DNA of 64,000 bases from Candidatus Latescibacterota bacterium. GTDB taxonomy: Bacteria > Latescibacterota > UBA2968 > UBA8231. Below the pieces are notes generated by a model, which saw nothing but the letters and a program-made list of their open reading frames with translations, searched no databases and was not told the origin of the DNA. Shown here one piece after another: positions 18,047 to 27,156 of the stretch; the stretch's first letter is position 1, and each line of letters starts with the position of its first letter. The stretch is taken from assembly GCA_965206595.1 (NCBI GenBank), contig OZ242214.1:128001-192000 (forward strand), in the 5' to 3' direction. A program made the position numbers and the translations under genes.

Positions 18047-21000
18047 AACCGGCGGCGCCGGCCCTCCTCATACTGCTGTTCTGGCAGGGAGCTGCCCAGG
18101 CGCAGAACCACCCGGAGCTGCAGTGGGAGATCCTGCAGACCCCCCACTTCGAGGTCTTCTACCACGACGGGCTGCAGCAGGCTGCGGAGAGAGCTGCCGA
18201 GATCGCCGAAGCGGCGTACGGTCCGGTGACCGACCTCTACCATTACCGCCCCGGCGGCAGGGTGCGCATCGTCCTCAAGGATTACGACGACTACGCCAAC
18301 GGAGCCGCCTTCTTCTATCACGACGCGATCGAGATATGGACCACCCCCCTCGATCACGACTTCGACCTGCGCGGCACCTGCGACTGGCTGGCCAACGTCA
18401 TCACCCACGAGTTCGTGCACATCGTCTCTCTCGGAGCGGCGCGCAAGGCATGGAAACGCACCCCGGCGCTGTATCTCCAGCATTTCGGCTACCAGCGCGA
18501 GCGCAACCGCCCCGATGTCCTGACCGGGTTTCCCGACTTGCTGGTGTCGTATCCCCTGGCGGCCACGGTTTTCCCGATGTGGTTCGCCGAGGGAGTGGCC
18601 CAGTACCAGGTGGCCGCGGCCAGGCACGACCGCTGGGACGCTCACCGCGACATGGTGCTGCGCGTTGCCGCGCTCGAGGAGGAGATGCTGTCGTTCGACC
18701 GGATGGGGGTGTTCGCCAAGGCCGGCTTCGGCAACGAGTTCGTCTACGACCACGGCTACGCCCTGGTCCGCTACATTGCCGCCGAGCACGGCGACGACGC
18801 CCTGCAGCAGTTATGCGCCGCCCTGTCCGGCTGGCGCACCCTCGAGATCGACGGCGCCATCGAGGAGGTTCTCGGCATCACCGCCGACCAGCTCTACGAG
18901 GGGTGGCGGCGGCAGCTGGGGGAGCGCTACGGCAGGCAGCTCGCCGGTATCGGAGAGTTGCGGGAAGGTGAGGAGATCACCGATGCGGGGTTCTCCAACA
19001 TCCACCCGGCGTACGCCCCCGGAGGGGACCGGCTTGCCTTCCTCTCCACCGGGACAAGGGAATACGGACCCCACCGGCTCGTCATCCGCGACCTGGAGAC
19101 CGGGGAGGACGAGGTCATCGCCGCCGGCGTCGTGTCGCGGCCGACCTGGTCGCCGGACGGGCGCAGGATCGCTTACGTGCGCAAGCACCGCGCCGACAAG
19201 TACGGCTCGCGCCAGGCGGACGTTTTCACCTGCGACCTCGACGGCGACGAGCCGGGATTGCTGTCGAAACTGGCCTGGGCGCTGCCGGGAATGGTGGTCT
19301 CCTTCGCCCCGGAACCGGAGCGGGTGAAGCAGCTTTCCACCGGACTGCGCGCCCTCTACCCGGCCTGGTCCCCCGACGGCGAGTGGCTGGCGTTCATCCG
19401 CAACCAGGGCGGCTCGAACAACCTCGGCCTGCTCAGCGCCGACGGGACCGTCGTCCTCCACCTCACCGACTTCACCGACGGCACCGAGCTCTACACGCCG
19501 AGCTGGTCCCCGGACGGCGGGACCCTGGCCCTGTCCGTTTCCCGCAAGGGGCAGCGGGACCTCGTCCTGGTCGACCTCGAGCGCGGCCGGATCGACGCCC
19601 TTGCCAGGGAGCTGAGGAGCGGTAGCGGAGAGCAGGGGAGCGGTCCGATAGTTCATACCGATACGAGCCTGGCCGGCTCCATGCGGCCCCTGGTGGCGAC
19701 GGATGCCACCGAGCGGGATCCGGCCTGGACATCCGGGGGTGAGATCCTATTCGCCTCCGACGCCACCGGCATTTTCAACATCTACGCGATTCCGGCGGGG
19801 AAGGGGGAGATCCGCCGCATCACCAACGTGGTGGGGGGGGCGATCAATCCCGCGGCCGGTCCCGAAGGCAGCGTGGTCTTCTCCTCCTACGGAGCGGACG
19901 GGTTCCGTCTGCGCTCCATGGTGGACCGCGGCGGCAACGAGGCGGAGTTCATGCTGGACGGCATCGAGGCGGCGACCGCTTCGATGCCCGGGGCAGTTGC
20001 ACCGGAATTCCTGCCGGAGCCGGCAGCCCGCCCGGACCGGACGGCCGGGGGTGTCCTTGCGGAGCGGTCCTCCGCAGCGGCCTCTCCGGCAGCGATTTCC
20101 GCCCCGCGGGCGTACGGAGGAGAGCTGCTCAGGACGATGGTTCTGCCGCGCCTGATGTGGGACGAGGGCCGCTTCAAGGGGGGAGCGTACGCCGCGTCTT
20201 CCGACGTCCTGCGGAAGCAGAGCCTGTTCGGCGGCTTTGGCATCTCCCCGGACAACGGCGACCGCGAGCTCTTCGCCCTGTACGAGCACCGCGGCTGGCG
20301 GCCGACGGTGTTTCTCGAGTACTACCACCAGAAACGCCACACCAGCCGCGGCGACAGCAGCGACGCGCGGGATGACATCGTCACGGGGATGAACTTCAGT
20401 CTCAACCAGGTCTCCGCAGGCCTGAGGATCGGGGACGAGTTGCCCTCCCTGAGGCGCCAGCTCACCCTGTCGCTGACCTACGACCGCTACGACGCCGGCC
20501 TCGACTGGGAAGCCTTCGTAACCCGCAGCGACGGCGCCCCCGGTTTCGAGCGCCGCCGCATGAAACCGATCGGCTATACCTACCTGAACGGCTTCGCCCT
20601 CGGGGCCCGCTACGACTACGAAACGGTGGAGCGCCGCCGCGACAGGGAGATCAGCCCTCGCGGGGGCCGCCGCATCCGCTTCCGCTACGACCGGGTGTTC
20701 AACTTCTTCCTCGAGGAATTCAACCGCAACAACGCTTCCTTCCTCGAGGAGGTGTACCTCAAACTGTTCTACAACCAGTGGACCCTGGACTGGAGGGAAT
20801 ACCTCGGCACGCCGTTCGACACCGCCCTGGAGCTGCGTTTCTTCGGAGGGTGGATCGACAGCGACAAGGTCGACGGCGACGACGTCAACGACTTCTTCGA
20901 CTACCACCTCGGCGGCCTGCAATACATGAAGGGGTACACCTTTTACAGCATAGAGGGGCGCAAGGCGGCGATGGGATCGGCGTTGTTTCGCTTCCCCCTT

Positions 21001-21285
21001 CTGCCCGACATGCGAAGGCGGCTCTTTCACATCTACCTCGACAAGCTGTACGGAGCGGTCTACGGAAGCATGGGCAAAGCCTGGGACGAGAAGTTCGGCG
21101 ATACCGATCCCTTCTACGGCCGCTCCGGCCCGTTGCGCGACATCGGCGTTCAGTTGCGCCTCGATTCGATCTCGTATTACAGTTTGCCGACCCGGGCACA
21201 GGCCGATCTCGCGCGCGGGATCGACGAGCTGCCCGGTCGCTCCCACTGGAAATTCTACCTCACCGTACTGTTCGGATATCTGTAG
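18043..21285 (+). CDS. Peptidase MA-like (HExxH) + PD40/TolB propeller + Omp85/BamA-like barrel protein
   Basis: ATG overlaps the upstream TGA; signal peptide AQA; HEFVH...WFAEG; WSPDG repeats; LGG...KGY loop motif and C-terminal beta strands. Confidence 0.85.
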   Translation: MKPAAPALLILLFWQGAAQAQNHPELQWEILQTPHFEVFYHDGLQQAAERAAEIAEAAYGPVTDLYHYRPGGRVRIVLKDYDDYANGAAFFYHDAIEIWTTPLDHDFDLRGTCDWLANVITHEFVHIVSLGAARKAWKRTPALYLQHFGYQRERNRPDVLTGFPDLLVSYPLAATVFPMWFAEGVAQYQVAAARHDRWDAHRDMVLRVAALEEEMLSFDRMGVFAKAGFGNEFVYDHGYALVRYIAAEHGDDALQQLCAALSGWRTLEIDGAIEEVLGITADQLYEGWRRQLGERYGRQLAGIGELREGEEITDAGFSNIHPAYAPGGDRLAFLSTGTREYGPHRLVIRDLETGEDEVIAAGVVSRPTWSPDGRRIAYVRKHRADKYGSRQADVFTCDLDGDEPGLLSKLAWALPGMVVSFAPEPERVKQLSTGLRALYPAWSPDGEWLAFIRNQGGSNNLGLLSADGTVVLHLTDFTDGTELYTPSWSPDGGTLALSVSRKGQRDLVLVDLERGRIDALARELRSGSGEQGSGPIVHTDTSLAGSMRPLVATDATERDPAWTSGGEILFASDATGIFNIYAIPAGKGEIRRITNVVGGAINPAAGPEGSVVFSSYGADGFRLRSMVDRGGNEAEFMLDGIEAATASMPGAVAPEFLPEPAARPDRTAGGVLAERSSAAASPAAISAPRAYGGELLRTMVLPRLMWDEGRFKGGAYAASSDVLRKQSLFGGFGISPDNGDRELFALYEHRGWRPTVFLEYYHQKRHTSRGDSSDARDDIVTGMNFSLNQVSAGLRIGDELPSLRRQLTLSLTYDRYDAGLDWEAFVTRSDGAPGFERRRMKPIGYTYLNGFALGARYDYETVERRRDREISPRGGRRIRFRYDRVFNFFLEEFNRNNASFLEEVYLKLFYNQWTLDWREYLGTPFDTALELRFFGGWIDSDKVDGDDVNDFFDYHLGGLQYMKGYTFYSIEGRKAAMGSALFRFPLLPDMRRRLFHIYLDKLYGAVYGSMGKAWDEKFGDTDPFYGRSGPLRDIGVQLRLDSISYYSLPTRAQADLARGIDELPGRSHWKFYLTVLFGYL

Positions 21286-21299
21286 AAAGGAATGCCGCG

Positions 21300-22256
21300 A
21301 TGTTGATGTTTCCGAGTACCGGAGTACATGCCCCCGGCAGGGGCGCCTCGGTTCTGGCGATCTGCTGCGTCCTCGCCGCCGCCGCCCGGGCGGAGGAAGG
21401 GGCAGCCGGTTCCACCCGGTCGCAGCCCGGGCAGTCCTCCCTGATGGCGGAGGCGCAGCTGCCGCGGCTGTTCGAATCCGCTGCGGACGGCGGCGGTTGG
21501 CCGCGGATGCTGGCGCAGGCGGACAGCGCCGCCGGCCCCGATGAAGTGTCCCCGCGGCCACAGCCGCTGAAGTCGCCGGGGAGAGCCCTGCTCTATTCCG
21601 CCCTGCTGCCCGGAGTGGGGGAGTTTTACGCCGGGGCCAGGAAAAGGGCGGCCCTGTTCTTTGGTTTGGAAGCCGCCGCCTGGGGGGTCTATTTCTCCTG
21701 GAACGGCAAGGGGAAGGAACTCGAGGAGGATTTCAGGGGGGTAGCGGACGAGCAGTGGGACGTGCTCAGGTACGTGGACTGGAGGGGGTCGCCGATCTCG
21801 CGCAATTCATCGATTACGCACGTCCTGCCGTGCAGCACGTTCGTCGTCGGCGGGGAGGGCATTTCCGGTTGTCCCGACATCGAGAAGCAGCAGTACTACG
21901 AGCTGATCGGGAAGTACGACCAGTTCGTCTCGGGATGGGAGGACGTCAGGGGCCGGGACGGCAACCTCGTTCAGCCGACCGAGATCGACTCGGTCGAGAA
22001 CTTCCTTTCGGAGCAGCGCTTCGCCTACGAAGATCAGCGCAACGACAGCAACAGGTTCCTCAAGAGAGCGACCAACGTCGCCGGCCTGATACTGGTCAAC
22101 CACGTCATCAGCGCCATCGATGCCGCCCGGGCGGCTCGCGCCACGGCAGCAGGTGCCGACCAGGCGATGCTACAGCGACGGACGCGGTTCGCCTTGGTCC
22201 GCGGCGGACCCTCCGGAAAGACCCCGATGATCCTCGCCTGGAGGCCGCTCTACTAA
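21300..22256 (+). CDS. Hypothetical exported/membrane protein (DUF5683-like)
   Basis: AAAGGA RBS; signal peptide; KSPGRALLYSALLPGVGEFY; QQYYELIGKY; NHVISAIDA. Confidence 0.75.
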   Translation: MLMFPSTGVHAPGRGASVLAICCVLAAAARAEEGAAGSTRSQPGQSSLMAEAQLPRLFESAADGGGWPRMLAQADSAAGPDEVSPRPQPLKSPGRALLYSALLPGVGEFYAGARKRAALFFGLEAAAWGVYFSWNGKGKELEEDFRGVADEQWDVLRYVDWRGSPISRNSSITHVLPCSTFVVGGEGISGCPDIEKQQYYELIGKYDQFVSGWEDVRGRDGNLVQPTEIDSVENFLSEQRFAYEDQRNDSNRFLKRATNVAGLILVNHVISAIDAARAARATAAGADQAMLQRRTRFALVRGGPSGKTPMILAWRPLY

Positions 22257-22892
22257 ATGGCGCTGCGCGCCCTCGCTCCAGGCGCCCTCGCCCTGATGTT
22301 GATGGCGGCTCCCGCGCATGCCGGGACATCGGCGGTCAGGGCCTTCTGGTCGTCGCTGCTGCTTCCGGGAGCCGGCCAGTACCTCAACGGCCACGCGACC
22401 GCGGCCGCTCGCTTTCTCGGTTTCGAGGCGGCGCTGTGGGGGAGCTACCTGGGATTTCGAGGGATCGCCGATATCCGCGAGCGGAACTTCCGAACCCACG
22501 CCGCGGTTCACGCCGAAGCCAGTACGTCGGGAAAGTCGAAGCGATACTTCGACGACCTCGGATTTTACCAGAGTTTCCACCAGCACAACCGCTACGCGGC
22601 GGTGGAAGAGGGGGCCTCCGCCCAGCTGTATCCCGACAGCGAGGAGTTCTTCTGGGAGTGGGACCAGGAGGAGTCGCGACTGCGCTTCCGCGAGCTGCGG
22701 AATTCCGCCCGGGGCGCCGATCGCAACGCCGTCATGGCTACCGGGCTGATCTTCGCCAACCACCTCGTCGCCGCGGTCCACGCCGCCCGCCGGGCAATGG
22801 CGCCGCCTGCCGCCGTGCAGGAGCGAGCCGTGCAGCTCCAACTGGTCGCCCTTCCTCAGCGGACGACCGTGGCCCTCCTCCACCGCTTCTGA
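22257..22892 (+). CDS. Hypothetical exported/membrane protein, paralog of the upstream gene
   Basis: SLLLPGAGQYL and NHLVAAVHA parallel the upstream protein's motifs; abuts its stop codon. Confidence 0.75.
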   Translation: MALRALAPGALALMLMAAPAHAGTSAVRAFWSSLLLPGAGQYLNGHATAAARFLGFEAALWGSYLGFRGIADIRERNFRTHAAVHAEASTSGKSKRYFDDLGFYQSFHQHNRYAAVEEGASAQLYPDSEEFFWEWDQEESRLRFRELRNSARGADRNAVMATGLIFANHLVAAVHAARRAMAPPAAVQERAVQLQLVALPQRTTVALLHRF

Positions 22893-22904
22893 CGCATCGG
22901 CCCA

Positions 22905-24590
22905 ATGCCGGCCGCGATGGACCGACCAGGAGTCCCCTTCCTTATTGCGGTTGTCCTGTGGGCCCTCGGCATGAGCCCGGATCCGGGGTCCGCCGCGGCG
23001 CCGTACCTGTGCGGCACGCGCCTGATCGAGCGGCATGCCGGGGGGCTCCCGCTGCCGGATCCGCCGCTACAGGCGGCCAAGCCCTCGTCCGGCGCGGACG
23101 CCGAGCAGGATCCCGCCGGCATCGGCGTCGGGACCCTGCAGGAGTTCGCTGTCGCCGGCAGCCCGCAGCTGACGCAGGCGACCTGCCGCTACGCAGGCGA
23201 GCGGGTGTTCGTGTTCGTCGAGGATCGCCAGTGGGATACCAACGGCGGCTCTATACTGCAATCGCACGTCGACGGTCTCGGGGACCTGTTCGAGCGCTCC
23301 ACCCCTGCCGATCCCGGGCGCGGGATCCACGACCTTTGCACCGAGGCCTTCGGTGCGGTCCCCGACGTCGACGGCTATCCCGAGGTGTTCCTGCTGGTTC
23401 TCGACATCCCCGATTCCCGGGTGGTAGGCTATTTCGACGCCCGCGTCGCCGGGCACGAGGTGCCCGAGCTGCGCCGGGACATCCTCTACGTCGACGAGTG
23501 GTTTGTGCGCCGTCAAACCTACCTGGCGCGCGGCACCCTGGCGCACGAGTTCCAGCACCTCATCCACTGGGGCCACGACAAGGACGAGGAGATCTGGCTG
23601 AACGAGGGGATGTCGGGCTACGCCGAGGCCCTGACCGGGTTTCCCGAGGCGGACTCGACCGTCGTCGGGGCGTTTCTGCAGCGCCCGGGGGCCGGCCTGA
23701 CGGAGTGGGAAAACCAGGCCTGGAACTACGGATCGACCTACCTGTTCTCGGCTTTTCTCGCCGAGCGCTACGGCGAAGACCTGATCCGCTCAATAGTCGC
23801 CGAGCCGGAGAACGGCATCGACGGCATCGACGCCGCCTTTGCCGGTCTGGGCCTCGGAGGGGACTTCCGGGAAGCTTGGTCGCGCTGGGTTCTCGGCAAC
23901 TACATCGGCGATGAAGATGAATTCAGCTACGGGGCGCTACAGGGGCGGCGGGCGCTCTGGTACCCGGCGGACGGTCTGCCGCTGGAGAATCTCGGCGGCA
24001 GCGTCGAGGACCAGTGGGGGACGATCGCCATTCTGTTGCGAACCCCGGGGAGTCTTCAGGTGGAGTTCTCCGGAAAGGAGGAGGCGCGGCACCGGGTCTG
24101 GGCCTGGTCTATGCGGGCCCGCGTGGGTGAGCTTCGCGAACTCGAGCTCGATGTCTCGAACCGCGGCTCCGTGGTGGCGACGGAGATCGACAGCATGGCG
24201 CTGATCGTCGGCAGAATTTCCATCGAAAAGGGGGGATTCGAGGTCTCGGCGCGCCACGACCCGGAGACGGCGGTCGAGCAGCCGCTGGCCGCGGCCAGCC
24301 CGGTCTTCCGGCTCGGGGCCGCATACCCCAATCCCTTCAACGCCGCGATGCGCATCCCCTTCTCCGGGGGTGCCGAGGGGCTGAAGGTCTTCTTGTACAA
24401 CGCCGCGGGCCAGCGCCTCGGGGAGCTGACGCCGCTGTCCGGCTCGCGCGAAATAGCCTGGGACGGCCGCGACGGCGGAGGACGGCGGGTTGCGAGCGGA
24501 GTCTACTGGATCCTCGCGCAACCGAAGTCGGGAACGGGCGGCCGCGGCACCTCGCATGTGCACCGCACCGCGGTGACGCTTATCAGATAG
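22905..24590 (+). CDS. Secreted zinc metallopeptidase (M30-like) with FlgD-Ig/T9SS C-terminal domain
   Basis: TLAHEFQHLIH...WLNEGMS; AYPNPFN...WDGRDGGG..VASGVY. Confidence 0.85.
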   Translation: MPAAMDRPGVPFLIAVVLWALGMSPDPGSAAAPYLCGTRLIERHAGGLPLPDPPLQAAKPSSGADAEQDPAGIGVGTLQEFAVAGSPQLTQATCRYAGERVFVFVEDRQWDTNGGSILQSHVDGLGDLFERSTPADPGRGIHDLCTEAFGAVPDVDGYPEVFLLVLDIPDSRVVGYFDARVAGHEVPELRRDILYVDEWFVRRQTYLARGTLAHEFQHLIHWGHDKDEEIWLNEGMSGYAEALTGFPEADSTVVGAFLQRPGAGLTEWENQAWNYGSTYLFSAFLAERYGEDLIRSIVAEPENGIDGIDAAFAGLGLGGDFREAWSRWVLGNYIGDEDEFSYGALQGRRALWYPADGLPLENLGGSVEDQWGTIAILLRTPGSLQVEFSGKEEARHRVWAWSMRARVGELRELELDVSNRGSVVATEIDSMALIVGRISIEKGGFEVSARHDPETAVEQPLAAASPVFRLGAAYPNPFNAAMRIPFSGGAEGLKVFLYNAAGQRLGELTPLSGSREIAWDGRDGGGRRVASGVYWILAQPKSGTGGRGTSHVHRTAVTLIR

Positions 24591-25128
24591 AGAGAGGGCC
24601 GGCCTGCGAGGTTCCGGCGGCTTCGGTTCGCGCGCGCGGAAGTCTTCCCGCCGGGCAGACCCCGGAACAGTCGCACCTGTCGAGACAGTCGGAGAGCCGT
24701 TCCCCGGTCTCGGGATGCACGAGCCCGGGTGCCAGCTCCAGCAGGGGCCTGAGCACGAAGCAGCGCCAGGTCATGCGGGGATGGGGAACCTGCAGGTCCG
24801 TATCGGCGACGATCCGGCTGCCGTACAGCAGCAGGTCGAGATCGAGGGTCCGCGGACCATCGGGGATCAGCCGCTGCCTGCCGTGCTCCATTTCGATGGC
24901 CAGCAGGGACCGCAGCAGCTCGGAGGGGGCAAGTCGGGTGCGCACCAATGCCGCTGCGTTGAGGAAGCGGGGCTGGTCCACGAGTCCGATCGGGTCTGTT
25001 TCGAAGAGCGACGACGGCTGACAGAGCTCGACCCCGGGCAGCCCGCTTATCGCCGCCACCCCGGAGGCCATGAACCCGCGCCGGTCTCCCAGGTTGGAGC
25101 CGAGACCGACAAAAACGTCCTCAGGCAA
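24583..25128 (-). CDS. folK: 2-amino-4-hydroxy-6-hydroxymethyldihydropteridine diphosphokinase
   Basis: GLGSNLGD, FLNAA, GPRTLDLDLL, VPHPR. TTG at 25128 (alternative GTG at 25155). Confidence 0.95.
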   Translation of the reverse strand: MPEDVFVGLGSNLGDRRGFMASGVAAISGLPGVELCQPSSLFETDPIGLVDQPRFLNAAALVRTRLAPSELLRSLLAIEMEHGRQRLIPDGPRTLDLDLLLYGSRIVADTDLQVPHPRMTWRCFVLRPLLELAPGLVHPETGERLSDCLDRCDCSGVCPAGRLPRARTEAAGTSQAGPLSI

Positions 25129-25477
25129 AGGATTTCGAGATCTCGACTTCGACACTGCCGAGCTGTCCGGCGATGGGGGGGTGCGGCTTGCGCACCCGCA
25201 CCGTCACCAGCGGGGGGGCGAAACGGTCGCCGATGCGTCGGACGATCTCCGCGGCCAGGGCTTCGATCAGCATGAAGCGCTCCTGTTCCACGGTTTCCTC
25301 GACCAGTCTGAAAACCTCGACGTAGTCCAGGGTGCACTCCGGCGAATCCGGATCCGCAGGCAGCGGCAGTTTCAACTCGACGTCGGCCTGGAACTCCTGG
25401 CCGAGCACCTGCTCCTCGGGATGGACCCCGTGATGGCCGAAGAACCGCAGGTCGTGCAGGCGCAGGAAGTAGGTCAT
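25121..25477 (-). CDS. folB: Dihydroneopterin aldolase
   Basis: FFGHHGVHPEE..LGQEF, TLDY, LIEALA, VRKP. Confidence 0.95.
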   Translation of the reverse strand: MTYFLRLHDLRFFGHHGVHPEEQVLGQEFQADVELKLPLPADPDSPECTLDYVEVFRLVEETVEQERFMLIEALAAEIVRRIGDRFAPPLVTVRVRKPHPPIAGQLGSVEVEISKSFA

Positions 25478-25877
25478 TCAGCCTCGAGCTTGCGGACTAA
25501 CTTGGAACCAGCACCAAGGCGGCGCCGACTAGTACGCCGCCGCCGAAGGCGATGGGGTTCGGTAGTACGGGGAACTTGGCGTGTGTGTCCATTTTCTGTC
25601 AATCGGACTGCCATGTCGGAAGCCCCCGACTCTGTGGGTTTCCGATCATGATTTCCTTGTTCCCGTTCCAGCGAAAGGCCAATCCGGCGCACCGTCAACA
25701 GTCCCGCCTTGGCCGGGTTGCATAGCTTTACATATTTCCCACTAACAACACGTGTCTCAGGCCATCCCGTTACCCGGTGGGGGCGCCCAACGGCACGGCT
25801 CCGGGCAACTGGCGCATGGGCTTCGGGATTACGCGCTTCGCTATCTGTAGAGAAGGAAAGGGCATCAGGGGGCCGAC

Positions 25878-26999
25878 ATGATCGATTATCCGCTCCGGAA
25901 TGGTCTCGTTCGTGCGGGTGCTCCGGTCGAAGTGGGCCGGGGCTCCGGCCATTTCTGGTTCCCGTCCCTGCACCGGGTCGACGACGATACGCTGGTCTGC
26001 GCCTGTATCCGGTCCGCGGACGTGGCTCAGGGGCAGTGGCCGGCCGATCTATTCGCGAGCGATGACGCCGCCGGCAGCTGGCGCCCGGACCAGAGCGTGG
26101 ACTCTTACGGCCACACTTCCGTTCGAAATCCGTCCGGTACGTTGATGATGCCCTACGAGCAGTGGCCACAATCGCCGGGCGACAGGAAAAACTGTGCCGC
26201 TCCGGGCCACGCCCTGAAGGTGGTCGATGGCGCGCTCCTGGTCGAAGTCCGGGAGGTGCGGATCTTCGATTTTCCGCGACCCCTCGCAGAGTACCACGAG
26301 AACGAACTGTGGCTCCTGCACAGCGGCAACATTCTGCGCCTGGAGGACGGGAGCTTGTTGACGACGATGTACGGGAAATTCGACGGGGAAGAAGGCTTAA
26401 ACAGTTTTGCGCTGGTCAGCGACGACGGTGGCCTTTCGTGGAGGTATCGCAGCACCATCGCCGCTCGGGATGCGGCGCCCGGAGCTCCTGAAGGCTCCAA
26501 CGAATCGGACGCACTGCTGCTGGACAACGGCGACCTGATGTGCATCTACCGCGTTGCCTCCGGCTGGGACTTCCGCAAGAGCATCAGCCGCGATGAAGGC
26601 CGGACCTGGTCGCAGCCGGCGCGCATGGAAGGGATGGCCTCGGTGCAGCCAAGGCTGGCCCGGTTGGGCAACGGCGCGATCGTACTGACCGGGGGCCGCC
26701 CGGGCCTGTTCCTCTGGCTCTGCGCAGATGGGCAGGGCGATGGATGGGAGCGGCTGAATCTGGCAGCGCATCACAATCGACTGGCCGAGCCTGATGAGCA
26801 GGGCTTTTCGGATGCCTTCCGCAATGCGCAGGAAGGAGAGGATCCCGCCATGAGTACGTCCTACACGGCGCTGATGCCCTGGGGAAGGGACGGAGTCATC
26901 ATGGCCTATGACCGGCTGGCCAACGGCTGGGCAGGCACTCCCGGACCGAACGGCTCCGTCGACCGGGTATTCAGCCTTGCAGTAACGGTTTCCGTCTGA
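25878..26999 (+). CDS. BNR/Asp-box sialidase-like beta-propeller protein (no signal peptide)
   Basis: Asp boxes SDDAAGSW, SDDGGLSW and SRDEGRTW. Confidence 0.8.
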   Translation: MIDYPLRNGLVRAGAPVEVGRGSGHFWFPSLHRVDDDTLVCACIRSADVAQGQWPADLFASDDAAGSWRPDQSVDSYGHTSVRNPSGTLMMPYEQWPQSPGDRKNCAAPGHALKVVDGALLVEVREVRIFDFPRPLAEYHENELWLLHSGNILRLEDGSLLTTMYGKFDGEEGLNSFALVSDDGGLSWRYRSTIAARDAAPGAPEGSNESDALLLDNGDLMCIYRVASGWDFRKSISRDEGRTWSQPARMEGMASVQPRLARLGNGAIVLTGGRPGLFLWLCADGQGDGWERLNLAAHHNRLAEPDEQGFSDAFRNAQEGEDPAMSTSYTALMPWGRDGVIMAYDRLANGWAGTPGPNGSVDRVFSLAVTVSV

Positions 27000-27156
27000 A
27001 GTGCACGCCGTGAGAGCGTCGTCCCACATGTGGGATGGCCACCTCAACCCTGACGCCTCAGGCGGCGTCTGACGCTGCAGCGCCACCAGCCAGGCAGCTC
27101 TTGACCGGCACGGAGAGTGCGATGCCAGGGCGCCAGCGACACTCCTCCGCAAGCTG

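Noticed and set aside
25474-25614. 46-aa Arg-rich ORF overlapping the folB start as a leader peptide
   Set aside because: No homology cue, and it spans a TTGACA (25597-25602, minus strand) that more likely belongs to the folB promoter.
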